Assembly (NCBI GenBank): GCA_045535205.1
Contig: JAZSLF010000141.1
Coordinates: 1 to 59,503 of the forward strand
Direction of reading: 5' to 3'
Origin: Eubacteriales bacterium
GTDB lineage: Bacteria > Bacillota > Clostridia > Oscillospirales > CAG-272
Length of the DNA: 59,503 nt
Below the pieces are notes generated by a model. It was given only the letters and a program-made list of their open reading frames with translations. It was not told the origin of the DNA and did no database searches. Positions 1-7,438 of the stretch are shown here, piece after piece. Numbering within the stretch: position 1 is the stretch's first letter; each line of letters begins with the position of its first letter. The translations under genes were made by a program, and so were the position numbers.

Positions 1-508
1 TTACGTTATAGTCGGACTGTCTTTCGATCTTGTCAAGGTTGTGACCGCTGTAGATCGAACCCATTACGGAAATCACTCTCGCCTTTTCGGCAATGCGAGG
101 CTCACGCCTCAAGGCTTCGGCAATATTCGTAAGAGGTGCCATGCAAAGAAGAAGAACTTCTTCGTCAGATGCCATAATAGTGTCTATCATAGCCTGAACG
201 CCGTCTTCGTAAAAACCGCCTTCGTACTTTGAAAGATCGTAATTCTTGCCCCAACCGCCGAGATCATCAAGATAATCCACGGAAGCAATGCCTGCACCGA
301 CAGCAATTCCCTTGTATCCGGATTCTTCGATCTGCTTTGCGGTTATCTGTGCTCTTGCCAAAGGAGCCTGTCTGCTCTCAAGAGCAGTAACAACAAGCTT
401 CACGTCAAATTCGGGACAGCGAAGCAAAAAACCAAGCGCCCAAGTATCATCAATATCTCCCGCAATATCAGTATCAAGAATTACGGGTATCTTCTTTTTC
501 ATTTCCAT
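1..508 (-). CDS. Nucleoside hydrolase (inosine/uridine-preferring family), 3' end cut by window edge
   Basis: Absent from the ORF track because it runs off the edge. My reverse-strand translation from ATG 508-506 reads MEMKKKIPVILDTDIAGDIDDTWALGFLLRCPEFDVKLVVTALESRQAPL... The DTDxxxDD aspartate cluster is the nucleoside-hydrolase fingerprint. RBS GGAGAAGG is the reverse complement of 511-518. Confidence 0.75.
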   Translation of the reverse strand, partial: MEMKKKIPVILDTDIAGDIDDTWALGFLLRCPEFDVKLVVTALESRQAPLARAQITAKQIEESGYKGIAVGAGIASVDYLDDLGGWGKNYDLSKYEGGFYEDGVQAMIDTIMASDEEVLLLCMAPLTNIAEALRREPRIAEKARVISVMGSIYSGHNLDKIERQSDYNV

Positions 509-640
509 AGCCTTCTCCAAATTCATTTAAGAATATTCTATATAAATTATATAGGAGAGAGCACTTTCTGTCAAGAGCGATAAAAGAGAACTTTCCAAAA
601 CCATACTGCCAACAGCATAAATCTTTTTATTAAAAATCAG

Positions 641-669
641 TTGACTAACATATAAATTTGTGTTATACT
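641..669 (+). promoter_or_regulatory. Candidate sigma-A promoter upstream of tRNA-Pro
   Basis: TTGACT (641-646), 17-nt spacer, TATACT (664-669). A TGT directly 5' of the -10 gives an extended -10. It lies about 95 nt upstream of the tRNA. Confidence 0.45.
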
Positions 670-765
670 TCAATGTACATCAAATATTGGAAGGGTGCAG
701 TTTCGGAGAAACTGGCGCTTTGTGTTTTCATAGCGAGTGCAAAATTTAATATTCAACTATTATTT

Positions 766-841
766 CGAGGTGTAGCGCAGTTGGTAGCGCGCCAGTTTCG
801 GGTACTGGAGGCCGCGAGTTCGAGTCTCGCCACTTCGACCA
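766..841 (+). tRNA. tRNA-Pro (anticodon CGG), CCA encoded
   Basis: Manual cloverleaf. Acceptor CGAGGTG/CACTTCG (one G-T pair). D arm GCGC-AGTTGGTA-GCGC. Anticodon arm CCAGT-TTCGGGT-ACTGG. T arm GCGAG-TTCGAGT-CTCGC. Ends in A-CCA. Total 76 nt. Confidence 0.9.
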
Positions 842-873
842 GCTCTCAAGCGTTTTGCTTGGGAGTATTTTTT
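807..873 (+). repeat. Direct repeat copy 1: 3' third of tRNA-Pro plus its trailer hairpin and T-run
   Basis: GGAGGCCGCGAGTT (807-820) and the 51-nt block 823-873 recur at 1035-1048 and 1094-1144. The trailer CTCAAGC-GTTTT-GCTTGGG plus T6 looks like the tRNA terminator. Confidence 0.9.
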
Positions 874-1034
874 CATCTTATCCAGTACACGAAACTGGGT
901 ACCAGTTTTGGGGCAAAGTACCCGACCGCCGCCTGTGGCGGATAAAGGGAGGGTTCTTTGGGTGCAGCGGTCGAAATTCTGCGAAGTCTTGACGAGCAAA
1001 GAATTTCGGGCACCGCAAACGGCGGCGTAGCCGG

Positions 1035-1144
1035 GGAGGCCGCGAGTTTGAATTCTCCTGTGGGAGAATTCAAAGTTTATACTCGCATGGGTAAGTCTCG
1101 CCACTTCGACCAGCTCTCAAGCGTTTTGCTTGGGAGTATTTTTT
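1035..1144 (+). repeat. Direct repeat copy 2: tRNA-Pro 3' fragment with a 45-nt insertion in the T-loop, plus the same trailer/terminator
   Basis: 1035-1048 is identical to 807-820, and 1094-1144 is identical to 823-873. The 2 nt CG of the T-loop are replaced by 45 nt (1049-1093) containing the hairpin TGAATTCTCC-TGTG-GGAGAATTCA. No matching 5' tRNA half lies upstream. Confidence 0.85.
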
Positions 1145-1193
1145 TGAAAGAGTCCTCAAGCAGACTTGTCTGTTTGAAATTCTCTTTGGTATA

Positions 1194-1231
1194 TAAAAAA
1201 ACCGACAAGTTGAAGCTTGTCGGTTTTTTAT
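1194..1231. terminator. Bidirectional rho-independent terminator (end of the island operon; also closes the tRNA region)
   Basis: A7, then ACCGACAAG-TTGAAG-CTTGTCGGT (1201-1224), then T6. The A-run and T-run allow it to work on both strands. Confidence 0.8.
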
Positions 1232-1368
1232 TTTATCTGTCTCAAAAACAGAGGGCATTATTTTTGACCCGATGAAGATACGCTAAGCACTTTTTAAGAG
1301 TACCAAGAGTTATCCTCCAAAGCGATCTGACGGGTAAAACTCAATTCGTTAAAACATGGTATAGATTA

Positions 1369-2505
1369 TTACTGAATAATGGGCAGGATTATGATCTGAC
1401 CCACAAATATTGAATCAGGATCGCTGATACCGTTGAGTGCAAGAATGATATTAACGGTTCCATGATAATCTATTCCGTAATCGTTGCAGATTTTAAGCAA
1501 GGAGTCGCCTGCCTCAACTGTATGAGAAACAAAGCCGACAAGCTTATCCTCTCCTTCAACGGAAACGTCACCTATAAGGTTTTTGACCTGCTGTATTACT
1601 TCTTCATGTGCTTCAATTGACGCTTCATTGTTTTCGACACGGCCAACGAGCCCCTCTACGTTTGTGCCCGAAGTATCAACGGGCTCATCGGTAAGAAGAC
1701 TCTGCAGATCTTTAATCGTACTGCTTTGCTCGTCAATGATCTCCGCTTGTTCCTGAAGCTTGAGGATCGCAGCCTGCTGCTGTTTCATTTGCTCGTTATA
1801 TTTTTTGTTTATATTGATAACGAAGCCGCTGAGAACAATGGTTGCAACACATAGGAACGACACAAGTGCCGTAATCAGCCTGCCGGGTGCCGCAGCGGTG
1901 CTTTTTTTAGGAGAATCAACTCTCTTTTGCTCGATCTTTATGACCTTGCCAACCTCATCGTATATATAATAACCTTTAAGCTTTTCGGTTTTTCCGTTTT
2001 TCCATTGGAAAAAGCCTCTGAGATTTTGAATGGGGTCAATGACGTAGGCCACCTGAAAAGGCATATTGAAAAAGTTGTCCTGAATGAAAAGGTCGTAGTT
2101 TGAAAGAAAAATGCCGTAGTTGGGATGAGTATGCTGCCAGCCGATGATCTTTTTATTGGGATAAAGAATATCGTGCTGTTTATGTACGTAGTCCCACGTT
2201 TCATGAGTGAAGGTCAACGTAGAAGCAGAAGCGTCAGTATATTTTGCTTCAATATAATCGGAAATAACAACGTGTGTTTTTCCAAGCTGCTCACAATAAT
2301 CGCCTATCAGAATAGTACCCAGCTCTTTTGATGTGTTTGAAACGGCATATTTTTCAAGAGCTCTGTATACGTCTTGCTTAATATAAACCTTCACGTCATC
2401 GGGTTCAAACTCACCAAAAGAAAGAAAATTGAGAGGTAACTGTACGCTTCCTCCTTCAGTTTTTGTTTCTTCGACTGAAAATTCTATATCAAAATCTTTT
2501 TCCAC
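1369..2505 (-). CDS. JAB/MPN (JAMM) metallopeptidase - TM - coiled coil - LysM protein (JAB-B)
   Basis: The JAMM motif HTHPNYGIFLSNYD fits HxHx7Sx2D. One hydrophobic helix is present (LITALVSFLCVATIVLSGFVI), followed by a Q/E-rich coiled coil. The C-terminus is LysM-like (HTVEAGDSLLKICNDYGIDY...NGISDPDSIFVGQIIILP). I prefer the GTG start at 2505, which is preceded by AAAGGAGAG directly after the upstream stop. The ORF-track start at 2556 would overlap the upstream gene by 37 nt. Confidence 0.85.
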   Translation of the reverse strand: MEKDFDIEFSVEETKTEGGSVQLPLNFLSFGEFEPDDVKVYIKQDVYRALEKYAVSNTSKELGTILIGDYCEQLGKTHVVISDYIEAKYTDASASTLTFTHETWDYVHKQHDILYPNKKIIGWQHTHPNYGIFLSNYDLFIQDNFFNMPFQVAYVIDPIQNLRGFFQWKNGKTEKLKGYYIYDEVGKVIKIEQKRVDSPKKSTAAAPGRLITALVSFLCVATIVLSGFVININKKYNEQMKQQQAAILKLQEQAEIIDEQSSTIKDLQSLLTDEPVDTSGTNVEGLVGRVENNEASIEAHEEVIQQVKNLIGDVSVEGEDKLVGFVSHTVEAGDSLLKICNDYGIDYHGTVNIILALNGISDPDSIFVGQIIILPIIQ

Positions 2506-2519
2506 CTGTATCTCTCCTT

Positions 2520-3437
2520 TTAGATATTCGAAATAATCGTTATCGTCACAATCCAAGCAACGATAGCAATAACAAGTGCGACAGTATTAACTCCGCCGTT
2601 TTTCTGAACGTACTGAGTTCTGTAGGGCTCACTCATTGTCTTTAGCTGATTTGCGTGTTTTTCAAGCCACTTCATGTATATATAGTTGCTGAATATACCC
2701 GCAACGATATATCCGCCCAAAGCCAACACCGATAAGAATGGAACACCGATCAAAGAAATTAAAAATAAACCGCCGAACATCCCGCATCCGTAGCCATACA
2801 TTTTACGGTATATAAACCAGAAGGGTGTAACCAAAAATGCCGCTGTGTTCCACGTGTTCTTTTTATTTTGCGATTTCATCTCTTGAAATTTTGATACATA
2901 ATAGTCCTTGTTAGCACCGATCAACACCTCTACGTCGGGATCAATGACGGTACTCGCTTGTTGACTGTAAGCATTATGATCGTATGAGCTCGTATTCTGC
3001 TGATACTGCGTTGTATTCTGCTGATACTGCGGAGTGTATGCCGACTGAGAGGTGCCGTTTTGCTGAGTATAAGCGTAAGGATCCGTATTAGCAGGGTTTG
3101 ATTGAGTACAAACGGGAGCAGCCGAGGGCTCTTTCAACCGATTGCCGCATCGACTGCAGAACGCAGAATCACCCGAGTACTTTGTACCGCATTTGCTGCA
3201 ATAAATTACTGAAGCCGCAGAATCATCCTCGTAGATAAGCTCCGTGGCGGTAACAGTATCGGAAACACCGCCCGCAGCCTTTATGGTTCCGGTACAGCCG
3301 AAGGTGGTACAGCCTTGATTTTCTACCCAACAGTCCTTATGATGAGGCATATCACAGTTGCTGCATACAACAATGTCATCATTTTCTTTAAATTCAGTTT
3401 TGCAAAAAGGACATATCTTTCCAAAATATATGCTCAT
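2520..3437 (-). CDS. RING-like (prokaryotic RING/treble-clef) + zinc-ribbon + multi-TM protein (RING-1)
   Basis: The N-terminus CPFCKTEFKENDDIVVCSNCDMPHHKDCWVENQGCTTFGC has C-x2-C...C-x2-C..HH..C...C..C cross-brace spacing. A zinc ribbon CSKCG...FCSRCG follows, then a Q/Y/T-rich linker. The C-terminus has 3 hydrophobic helices and looks DUF2628-like (FWFIYRKMYGYG). Confidence 0.8.
   Translation of the reverse strand: MSIYFGKICPFCKTEFKENDDIVVCSNCDMPHHKDCWVENQGCTTFGCTGTIKAAGGVSDTVTATELIYEDDSAASVIYCSKCGTKYSGDSAFCSRCGNRLKEPSAAPVCTQSNPANTDPYAYTQQNGTSQSAYTPQYQQNTTQYQQNTSSYDHNAYSQQASTVIDPDVEVLIGANKDYYVSKFQEMKSQNKKNTWNTAAFLVTPFWFIYRKMYGYGCGMFGGLFLISLIGVPFLSVLALGGYIVAGIFSNYIYMKWLEKHANQLKTMSEPYRTQYVQKNGGVNTVALVIAIVAWIVTITIISNI
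2992..3031. repeat. Tandem 21-bp repeat x2 inside the RING-1 linker
   Basis: GTATTCTGCTGATACTGCG occurs at 2992-3010 and 3013-3031. It encodes the QYQQNT duplication in the low-complexity linker. Confidence 0.85.
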
Positions 3438-3438
3438 T

Positions 3439-4578
3439 TCAGTTATCCTCGCCGTTTGTGTTATCGGAAGGCTCTCCGTTATCGAAATCGCCGTTGTTTA
3501 CCTTGTTATCATCTTTCTGATTGCTGTCGGCATCGTCAGCATTACCGTCTGAAGCGCCGTCAATATTTGAATTACCGCTTTCATCTGCGTTTTGATCCGT
3601 ATTGCCGGTGTTTGTGTTAGTTCCCTGATTGGTGACTTCAGCTGTAGGATCTCCGTTTACGTTTTCGCCGTCGTTTGCCGCTTCGTTTGAAGAAGCATCG
3701 ATCTCGCCGAGGCTTTCGTCAGTTGATTCTTGGAGCTCTTTGAGGGAGTTTTCAGCCTGTTCAAGCTCATTTTCAAGCGCTGAGACCTTGGTCTGCAGAT
3801 TTGTCACCCTTTTATCAAGATTAGTGAAATTCTGATTAGCGGCTTCGATAAAAAGCTTTTGCTGCTGTTCAAGATTTTCGATCTTATTATGCTGACTTAT
3901 ATTCAAAACGGATAAAACGACTATCGAAACAACAAGAATTGCAATAATAAAGCTCTTTAAATTCAGCGAAGATTCGCTTGTTACCGAGCCGGCGTCGTCA
4001 GCCTCAACCTCTCCTTTGATCTTAGCACCCGTTTTATCAAACTTGAAAAAGCCTTTGCATCTTTCTATTTTACCGTTTATCCAGAAGTAAAAGCCTTCTA
4101 TATTTTGAATGGGGTCAACAACGTAAGCTATCTGATATTCTTCTTTGAAGAAGTTTTCCTGAATAAACTTATCGTATTCGGAAAGAAAGATGCCGAAGTT
4201 GGGGTGAGTATGGATCCAACCGACGATCTTCTGACCGGGATACTTTCTATCCATTTCCTTATGAACAAAGTCCCACGTTTCATGGGTGAATTTCAATGTG
4301 GTGGGAGTTGCTTCACAATATTTAGCTTCGATAAAACCCTTTATTATAATATTGGTTTTACCAAATTCTTCGATAACACTGCCGATAAGCATACCGCCGC
4401 TTTCGTTCGTGGTCTTATTTTGAGTAAACTTATGTATCTCGTTATACACCGGCTGAGATATATAAATATTTTTATTCTCCTCAACACGCTCTCCTATCGA
4501 CAGAATATTCTGAGGAAGAACGTTTTCGTTTGTCGGTACATTTTTTACACTCTTTTTTGAACTTTTTTTCTTTGCCAT
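3439..4578 (-). CDS. JAB/MPN (JAMM) metallopeptidase - TM - coiled coil - acidic low-complexity tail (JAB-A)
   Basis: The JAMM motif is HTHPNFGIFLSEYD. It is a close paralog of JAB-B (FTHETWDFVHKE.../FTHETWDYVHKQ...). A TM helix (FIIAILVVSIVVLSVLNI), a coiled coil and a D/N/G/E-rich tail follow. The ATG at 4578 (MAKKKSS) has a GGAG 8 nt upstream. The ORF-track GTG at 4587 overlaps the protease stop. Confidence 0.85.
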   Translation of the reverse strand: MAKKKSSKKSVKNVPTNENVLPQNILSIGERVEENKNIYISQPVYNEIHKFTQNKTTNESGGMLIGSVIEEFGKTNIIIKGFIEAKYCEATPTTLKFTHETWDFVHKEMDRKYPGQKIVGWIHTHPNFGIFLSEYDKFIQENFFKEEYQIAYVVDPIQNIEGFYFWINGKIERCKGFFKFDKTGAKIKGEVEADDAGSVTSESSLNLKSFIIAILVVSIVVLSVLNISQHNKIENLEQQQKLFIEAANQNFTNLDKRVTNLQTKVSALENELEQAENSLKELQESTDESLGEIDASSNEAANDGENVNGDPTAEVTNQGTNTNTGNTDQNADESGNSNIDGASDGNADDADSNQKDDNKVNNGDFDNGEPSDNTNGEDN

Positions 4579-4583
4579 ATTTA

Positions 4584-5507
4584 TCACTCCAATATATCAA
4601 TATCAAAATCCGTTCTTTCTCTCGGATCATATTTCAAGTTCAAATTTTTTCTTTTTTGAAACACCAGCATTATTATCAGAATAACGTTTATTGTTACAGA
4701 TCCGCACAATGCAACGATAAGGATCAGTTCCATTAACGGCATGGATTTCAAAACGTTCCAAACGTCTGTATAGGTTTCGTTGACGTCTTTGTCAAAAAAC
4801 TCGGCGGTATCTTCCGTTTCCGACTCGTACTCCTCCCCTGCACCGTCACGTGATAATACTTCGCAAACGTTACCGTTGGCATCGAGCTCTATGCCGAGTG
4901 ACTGAACGAACTCGCACACCGCTGTCATCGGTATAGCAAGACCTATACCCTCGCTGTCAGACATTTTAAGAGTATTTATGCCGATAACGTTACCCTCGTC
5001 ATTAAGAAGCGGACCGCCGCTGTTACCCTCGTTGACTGCGGCATCTGTCTGAATGTATTTGTATTTACCCACTTCTCTTTCCTTGGCGGAAATAACACCC
5101 TTTGTAAGAGTATATGCCATGCTGTTGGGAGCACCGACGGCATATACGTCGTCACCTGTATTCAGAGCGTCGGGATCCGCAACGGTGAGTGTTGGGAAAG
5201 AAGCATCCGCAACACCCAGAACAGCTATATCCTTATCGGCGTCATAACCGACCGTATAGGCAGGAAAGCTTTCTCCCGAATAAGCCGTCAGCACAACGTT
5301 ATCAACATCGTCTATCACGTGTGCATTCGTAACAACACAGTTTTCTCCAATGGCAAAGCCGCTGCCGAGTGAGAGTCCTGACGTTACGATAAAAACAGAA
5401 CTGTATTTTTCTTCCGCATTAAAACCGATTGCGCTTGAAGACAGCGGAAGGGCGAATAATACCGCCACCGCACAGATTATAGATATTACTGCTCTTTGCA
5501 GCTTCAC
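4584..5507 (-). CDS. Secreted trypsin-like (S1/HtrA-type core, no PDZ) serine protease with C-terminal TM anchor
   Basis: A signal peptide is present (MKLQRAVISIICAVAVLFALPLSSSA). The triad contexts are VTNAHVI, DKDIAVL and GNSGGPLL. The C-terminal helix is LMELILIVALCGSVTINVILIIMLVF. The start codon is GTG. Confidence 0.85.
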   Translation of the reverse strand: MKLQRAVISIICAVAVLFALPLSSSAIGFNAEEKYSSVFIVTSGLSLGSGFAIGENCVVTNAHVIDDVDNVVLTAYSGESFPAYTVGYDADKDIAVLGVADASFPTLTVADPDALNTGDDVYAVGAPNSMAYTLTKGVISAKEREVGKYKYIQTDAAVNEGNSGGPLLNDEGNVIGINTLKMSDSEGIGLAIPMTAVCEFVQSLGIELDANGNVCEVLSRDGAGEEYESETEDTAEFFDKDVNETYTDVWNVLKSMPLMELILIVALCGSVTINVILIIMLVFQKRKNLNLKYDPRERTDFDIDILE

Positions 5508-5538
5508 GATATTACTCGCCCCCTAATTATTATTTATT

Positions 5539-7437
5539 TTATTTTGTATTGAAAACCAGCACGGAGTTACCGATAGCAATAGCATCTCCCTGACGGAGAA
5601 TGTGTCTTGCGGTTCTCATGCCGTTAACAACGGTTCCCATCGGTGTTCCGCAGTCGTGGAGCACGTATTTGCTTCCTTCAAGTACAATGTCACAGTGGTG
5701 AGGTCCGACAAGCTTGTCCTTGAAAAGAACGATGGTGTTCTTGCCGTTATTACCGATACTTGTAGTTCCGGCAAATACAAGGTATTCCTTGCCTTCAAAC
5801 TCACCTCTGATAACCTTGAGCCAAGCCTGTTTTGCAAACTGTTCAAGAAGTCCTACACCAAGACCGATCAAGAGTCCCATGATGACGATCGCAACACCTC
5901 TGGCCACTACGTCGTTAGGAATAATGTCGCATATATAGTTGAACAGGAAGCCGCCGAGGAAGCCGCCTGCCAAGCCGCCGAGAGCACAGTAAAGCATTCT
6001 TTTCTTTTCGGGCTTAATAAGACCTACGGCAACACCGATGCCGAGACCCATGATCGCCCAGCCGAGACCACGGATAAACGCAGCCGCAAAATCGGAGGGA
6101 TCGTCGCCGAGCATCGACGCATACATCCATTGTGCCAAATATCCGCTGATAAAACCAAGACCGAGCGAGACACCCGCACCTATTGCGGCATATTTGATCG
6201 CCTTTTCCTTTGAACCGTAGAAGATACCTTCACCTAATCCGAGGAACAGTCCGATAAAGAGTGCAAGTACGCCGGACCACAACGCAGTGCTTAAACGTGT
6301 AACGTTAGCCAAAGCATCTTTCAGAGCCGAGTCACTCTCATGATATTCATATTGATATGAATTATAGAGAGCTTCGCTTGATCTGTCATCATAATCTGAA
6401 TAATCATCCAGATAACCCTTTGCTTCCGCTGTTGCATATTCGGTATACCAAAGCTCAAAAGCTGAGGAATTATCGGGATCATATTTATTCTTCTTGCAGA
6501 AATCTTCGTAAATATCGTATGCTTTATCAAAGGCTTTGTCTGCCTTGTTTTCATAGTCATAATAATCAGCCAGATAAGACTTGCCCATAAGATTTGCTAT
6601 AAATACGCTATTCACGTCACTTCCGCCGGTCATTTCGGTTATTGCAAAGCCAAGAATAGCGCCGATAAGCGCCCAAAGCAAACCTTTTACGAGAATGGTC
6701 TTAAAGTTGATCTTTCCGCCCTTGACCGTACCGCCGCTTGATACTGTCTGCATTCTTTGAGCAGTAGGAACGAACTCAATTCCCGCAAGTTCCTCGGCAG
6801 TTATTTCAAAATCGTTCTCCTCGGGCTTGTTTTCCGTTATAACAGGAGCAGGGGCATTAATTACTGACTCTGTACTGACAAGGGTCTCAGCCGCTTCTGC
6901 AGGCTGTTCTTCGGCGATAACTGCACCGTCGTCATCAAACAGATCTATTTCAACGGTATCCTTTGCAGAAGCATAGTCAGCAATATAAAGCTCTGCGTTG
7001 CCTACGGGGAAAAGATGCTTATTTTCCATAGCCCACTGTGCCGCTTCTGCAGAAAGAGGACTGTAGGAGTTCCATGACTTATACTGGATCATATCGCCGA
7101 TATTAATGATAATATCGCTCAAGGATTCACCTGCACCCCAAATATCACCGATACAGATCTGTCCGTCTCTGAAGTTCGGATGCCAGATAGGTGTAAGTAT
7201 TTTGCAGATCGGTTTATATCTCGGATATTCAGCATGAAGCGTGATCTCAACCTCATGCCGAGCAAGTGTTTCTATTCTTCCGTCGGGCAAAAGATAAATA
7301 CCGTTTACGAAATATGTAACGTGATATTTTTCGGGCGGTTCCTCTCCGATCGGAGTAACAATGATATTTCTATGACCTGTAAAATCTTTTCTGACCTGTT
7401 CCCAGTCAGAAGCAAGACGTCTCATTCTTGCTGTCAT
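5539..7437 (-). CDS. UBC-like E2 domain - 6 TM helices - FHA domain fusion protein
   Basis: The N-terminus is RRLASDWEQVRKDF...YPRYKPICKILTPIWHPNFRDGQICIGDIW. HPN at aa 86-88 and Cys95 match E2 active-site geometry. Six Gly-rich hydrophobic helices span about aa 245-525. The C-terminus is FHA-like (GNNGKNTIVLFKDKLVGPHHCDIVLEGSKYVLHDCGTPMGTVVNG...LRQGDAIAIGNSVLVF). The start ATG is 1 nt after the E1 stop, with RBS GAGGAGGG. Confidence 0.85.
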   Translation of the reverse strand: MTARMRRLASDWEQVRKDFTGHRNIIVTPIGEEPPEKYHVTYFVNGIYLLPDGRIETLARHEVEITLHAEYPRYKPICKILTPIWHPNFRDGQICIGDIWGAGESLSDIIINIGDMIQYKSWNSYSPLSAEAAQWAMENKHLFPVGNAELYIADYASAKDTVEIDLFDDDGAVIAEEQPAEAAETLVSTESVINAPAPVITENKPEENDFEITAEELAGIEFVPTAQRMQTVSSGGTVKGGKINFKTILVKGLLWALIGAILGFAITEMTGGSDVNSVFIANLMGKSYLADYYDYENKADKAFDKAYDIYEDFCKKNKYDPDNSSAFELWYTEYATAEAKGYLDDYSDYDDRSSEALYNSYQYEYHESDSALKDALANVTRLSTALWSGVLALFIGLFLGLGEGIFYGSKEKAIKYAAIGAGVSLGLGFISGYLAQWMYASMLGDDPSDFAAAFIRGLGWAIMGLGIGVAVGLIKPEKKRMLYCALGGLAGGFLGGFLFNYICDIIPNDVVARGVAIVIMGLLIGLGVGLLEQFAKQAWLKVIRGEFEGKEYLVFAGTTSIGNNGKNTIVLFKDKLVGPHHCDIVLEGSKYVLHDCGTPMGTVVNGMRTARHILRQGDAIAIGNSVLVFNTK

Positions 7438-7438
7438 T

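Noticed and set aside
760-1275. ORFs 760-1104(-), 873-1073(-), 958-1275(+) and 1070-1258(-)
   Set aside because: They overlap tRNA-Pro, its duplicated 3' end and the terminator. The region is better explained as RNA and repeat sequence.
2506-2556. ATG at 2556 as the start of JAB-B (MDCDDNDYFEYL...)
   Set aside because: It would overlap the upstream gene by 37 nt and has no RBS. The GTG at 2505 follows AAAGGAGAG immediately after the upstream stop.
5602-6213. 203-aa plus-strand ORF inside the E2-FHA gene, and similar antisense ORFs at 4105-4560, 7180-7641, 8211-8552 and 14413-15018
   Set aside because: All are antisense shadows of motif-bearing minus-strand genes. They have no RBS and biased composition.
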